Source of the DNA: an uncultured virus (IMG/VR IMGVR_UViG_2061766007_000688)
Taxonomy: Duplodnaviria; Heunggongvirae; Uroviricota; Caudoviricetes
Length of the DNA stretch: 64,000 nucleotides
Strand: one strand, 5' to 3'
Virus record (IMG/VR): IMGVR_UViG_2061766007_000688
Under the pieces are notes generated by a model that searched no databases, was not told the DNA's origin, and saw only the letters and a program-made list of their open reading frames with translations. Below are positions 62,681 through 64,000 of this stretch, in pieces. Position 1 is the stretch's first letter. Each line of letters begins with the position of its first letter. The translations under genes were made by a program, and so were the position numbers.

Positions 62681-64000
62681 TTACCCAACTTTCTGAGAGG
62701 CCTCGTTTGTTATCTTCTTCTCAGAATTGTTGAGGTTCTTAGGTGTGTTGGGATTGTTATTATCTCCTGAGAAGTCTTTACCCTGCCCCAAAGCACCAAG
62801 TTCCTGCTGTGCTGTGATATTTGTCTCCATAGATGACTTCTTTTCATCGTCAATCTGCTGTAAAGCAGCCTTTGCCTGGTTTTCAGTCTCTCCGAAGTAC
62901 CACATTCTTGTTTCGAGTTTAGAAGATATGCCAGCATTGATAAGCGATAATCTCTTTTCAAGCTCTGCCTCGCTGTCTACAATGATACTGTCATCCCACT
63001 CAAATGAGATTTCATACTTGCCAGGAGGCGTGATATTGTAGAGTGTGCAATAAACATCTGCTACATACACACTATCCCTCAAAGCGTCCTCAAGAGCCAT
63101 CTGAATATCTCTGTTAGTAGAGTAAGAACGCTGTTTCTGTATCTTCATCTCGGTTGCTGTCTTGGCTTCATAAGAGGGATCCTCTGATATTGTGCCACGA
63201 CTGAAACCGACTGCATCCTCTATTCTTATCAGAATAGTATTCAAGCCCTGTCTGATACTCTCGTCACGGAGTGCAGGAGCAAATACATTGTATGTTTCAT
63301 CAGAGTTCAAGTCTACCTTTCTGAACAGTCTTTCCTGCTTTGACGGAAGAACAGTCTGATGTGAACCATCTCCGTATTCTCTGATTTTAAGAGCGTCACG
63401 GTCTACATCAATAGCCATCTCTCCGCCCTCATATTCCCAGAGAAGTCTTGAATACTGCTCATCAGCGTCTTTGATAAGAGATGTAGCACGACTGAAACCA
63501 GACACTCCGAGAGGTGAGTACGGGTCAATCGTGTTTGCCTCAGGCATCTTGAAGTATGCAAACAGTGGCCTGTCTACATTGTCGATAGTAACAGACGGAG
63601 CAAGGCCTGCCCATTCGGGTACTTCTGTCAGCTTGCAAGGTTTACCAAAATTTGCTGAGTCTTTTGTAGCCATGCCCTGTCTTGAAAATCTGTTGTTATC
63701 AGCGACATAGGCAAAGTTCTGTACTGTAACACTTCTTCCTTCGAGTTTATGATACTCAACTCTTGTATAAACCTTCGTCTTATCGACTTTCTGCTGAGTA
63801 AATGCAGCCTCAGTGATTTTTCCGTTGTTATCGAACGATAGCGGATAAAATCTGTCTGCCTGAATGAAATCGAACTCTATTTCATACTCAGGTAACGGGT
63901 CTGAACTTGAAATAGCGTCTGAATCAGCTTTTTCAAGCTCTTCTGCTGATTTTTCTTTCTCTTCCCCGACTTTTGCAACAGGTTTCTTCTTTTCGCCCCC
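62681..64000 (-). CDS. Portal protein (A118/SPP1-type), 5' truncated by window edge
   Basis: Frame stays open above 63673 (ADRFYPL, YTRVEYH); PLFAYFKMP..N...SPLGVS, LLWEY, KTATE, FEWDDSII. Confidence 0.88.
   Translation of the reverse strand, partial: GGEKKKPVAKVGEEKEKSAEELEKADSDAISSSDPLPEYEIEFDFIQADRFYPLSFDNNGKITEAAFTQQKVDKTKVYTRVEYHKLEGRSVTVQNFAYVADNNRFSRQGMATKDSANFGKPCKLTEVPEWAGLAPSVTIDNVDRPLFAYFKMPEANTIDPYSPLGVSGFSRATSLIKDADEQYSRLLWEYEGGEMAIDVDRDALKIREYGDGSHQTVLPSKQERLFRKVDLNSDETYNVFAPALRDESIRQGLNTILIRIEDAVGFSRGTISEDPSYEAKTATEMKIQKQRSYSTNRDIQMALEDALRDSVYVADVYCTLYNITPPGKYEISFEWDDSIIVDSEAELEKRLSLINAGISSKLETRMWYFGETENQAKAALQQIDDEKKSSMETNITAQQELGALGQGKDFSGDNNNPNTPKNLNNSEKKITNEASQKVG

Overview
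This window covers most of a tailed dsDNA phage genome (siphovirus-like). The host is probably a Firmicute/Clostridia, inferred from GAAAGGAG RBSs, sigmaA-type promoters and gene families. Essentially all genes lie on the minus strand, and many N-runs break reading frames artefactually. In transcription order from 64000 down: portal (truncated by the edge), scaffold, major capsid, head-tail and tail genes, tape measure, distal tail/baseplate and fibre-like proteins. Then come a six-gene Gln/Asn/Cys-rich accessory cassette and holin-endolysin. Next is a Dp-1-like replication module: SNF2 helicase, initiator, loader, DnaB, primase, SSB, family A polymerase split by a group I intron with a GIY-YIG endonuclease, two TAGT/GREB1-like glycosyltransferases plus a partner, beta-clamp, Cas4-like nuclease, RecU, RecA and DnaX/HolB/HolA clamp loader. 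The last ~14 kb holds small accessory ORFs, and the final 9 kb is organised as an array of repeated promoter-leader-RBS cassettes. No integrase, tRNA, CRISPR array or reverse transcriptase was seen. All family calls are motif recognition by eye, not database results. Best leads: the orphan glycosyltransferase module, the early cassette array with hyper-acidic microproteins, the uncharacterised CCC cassette, and structured leaders before the scaffold and initiator genes.
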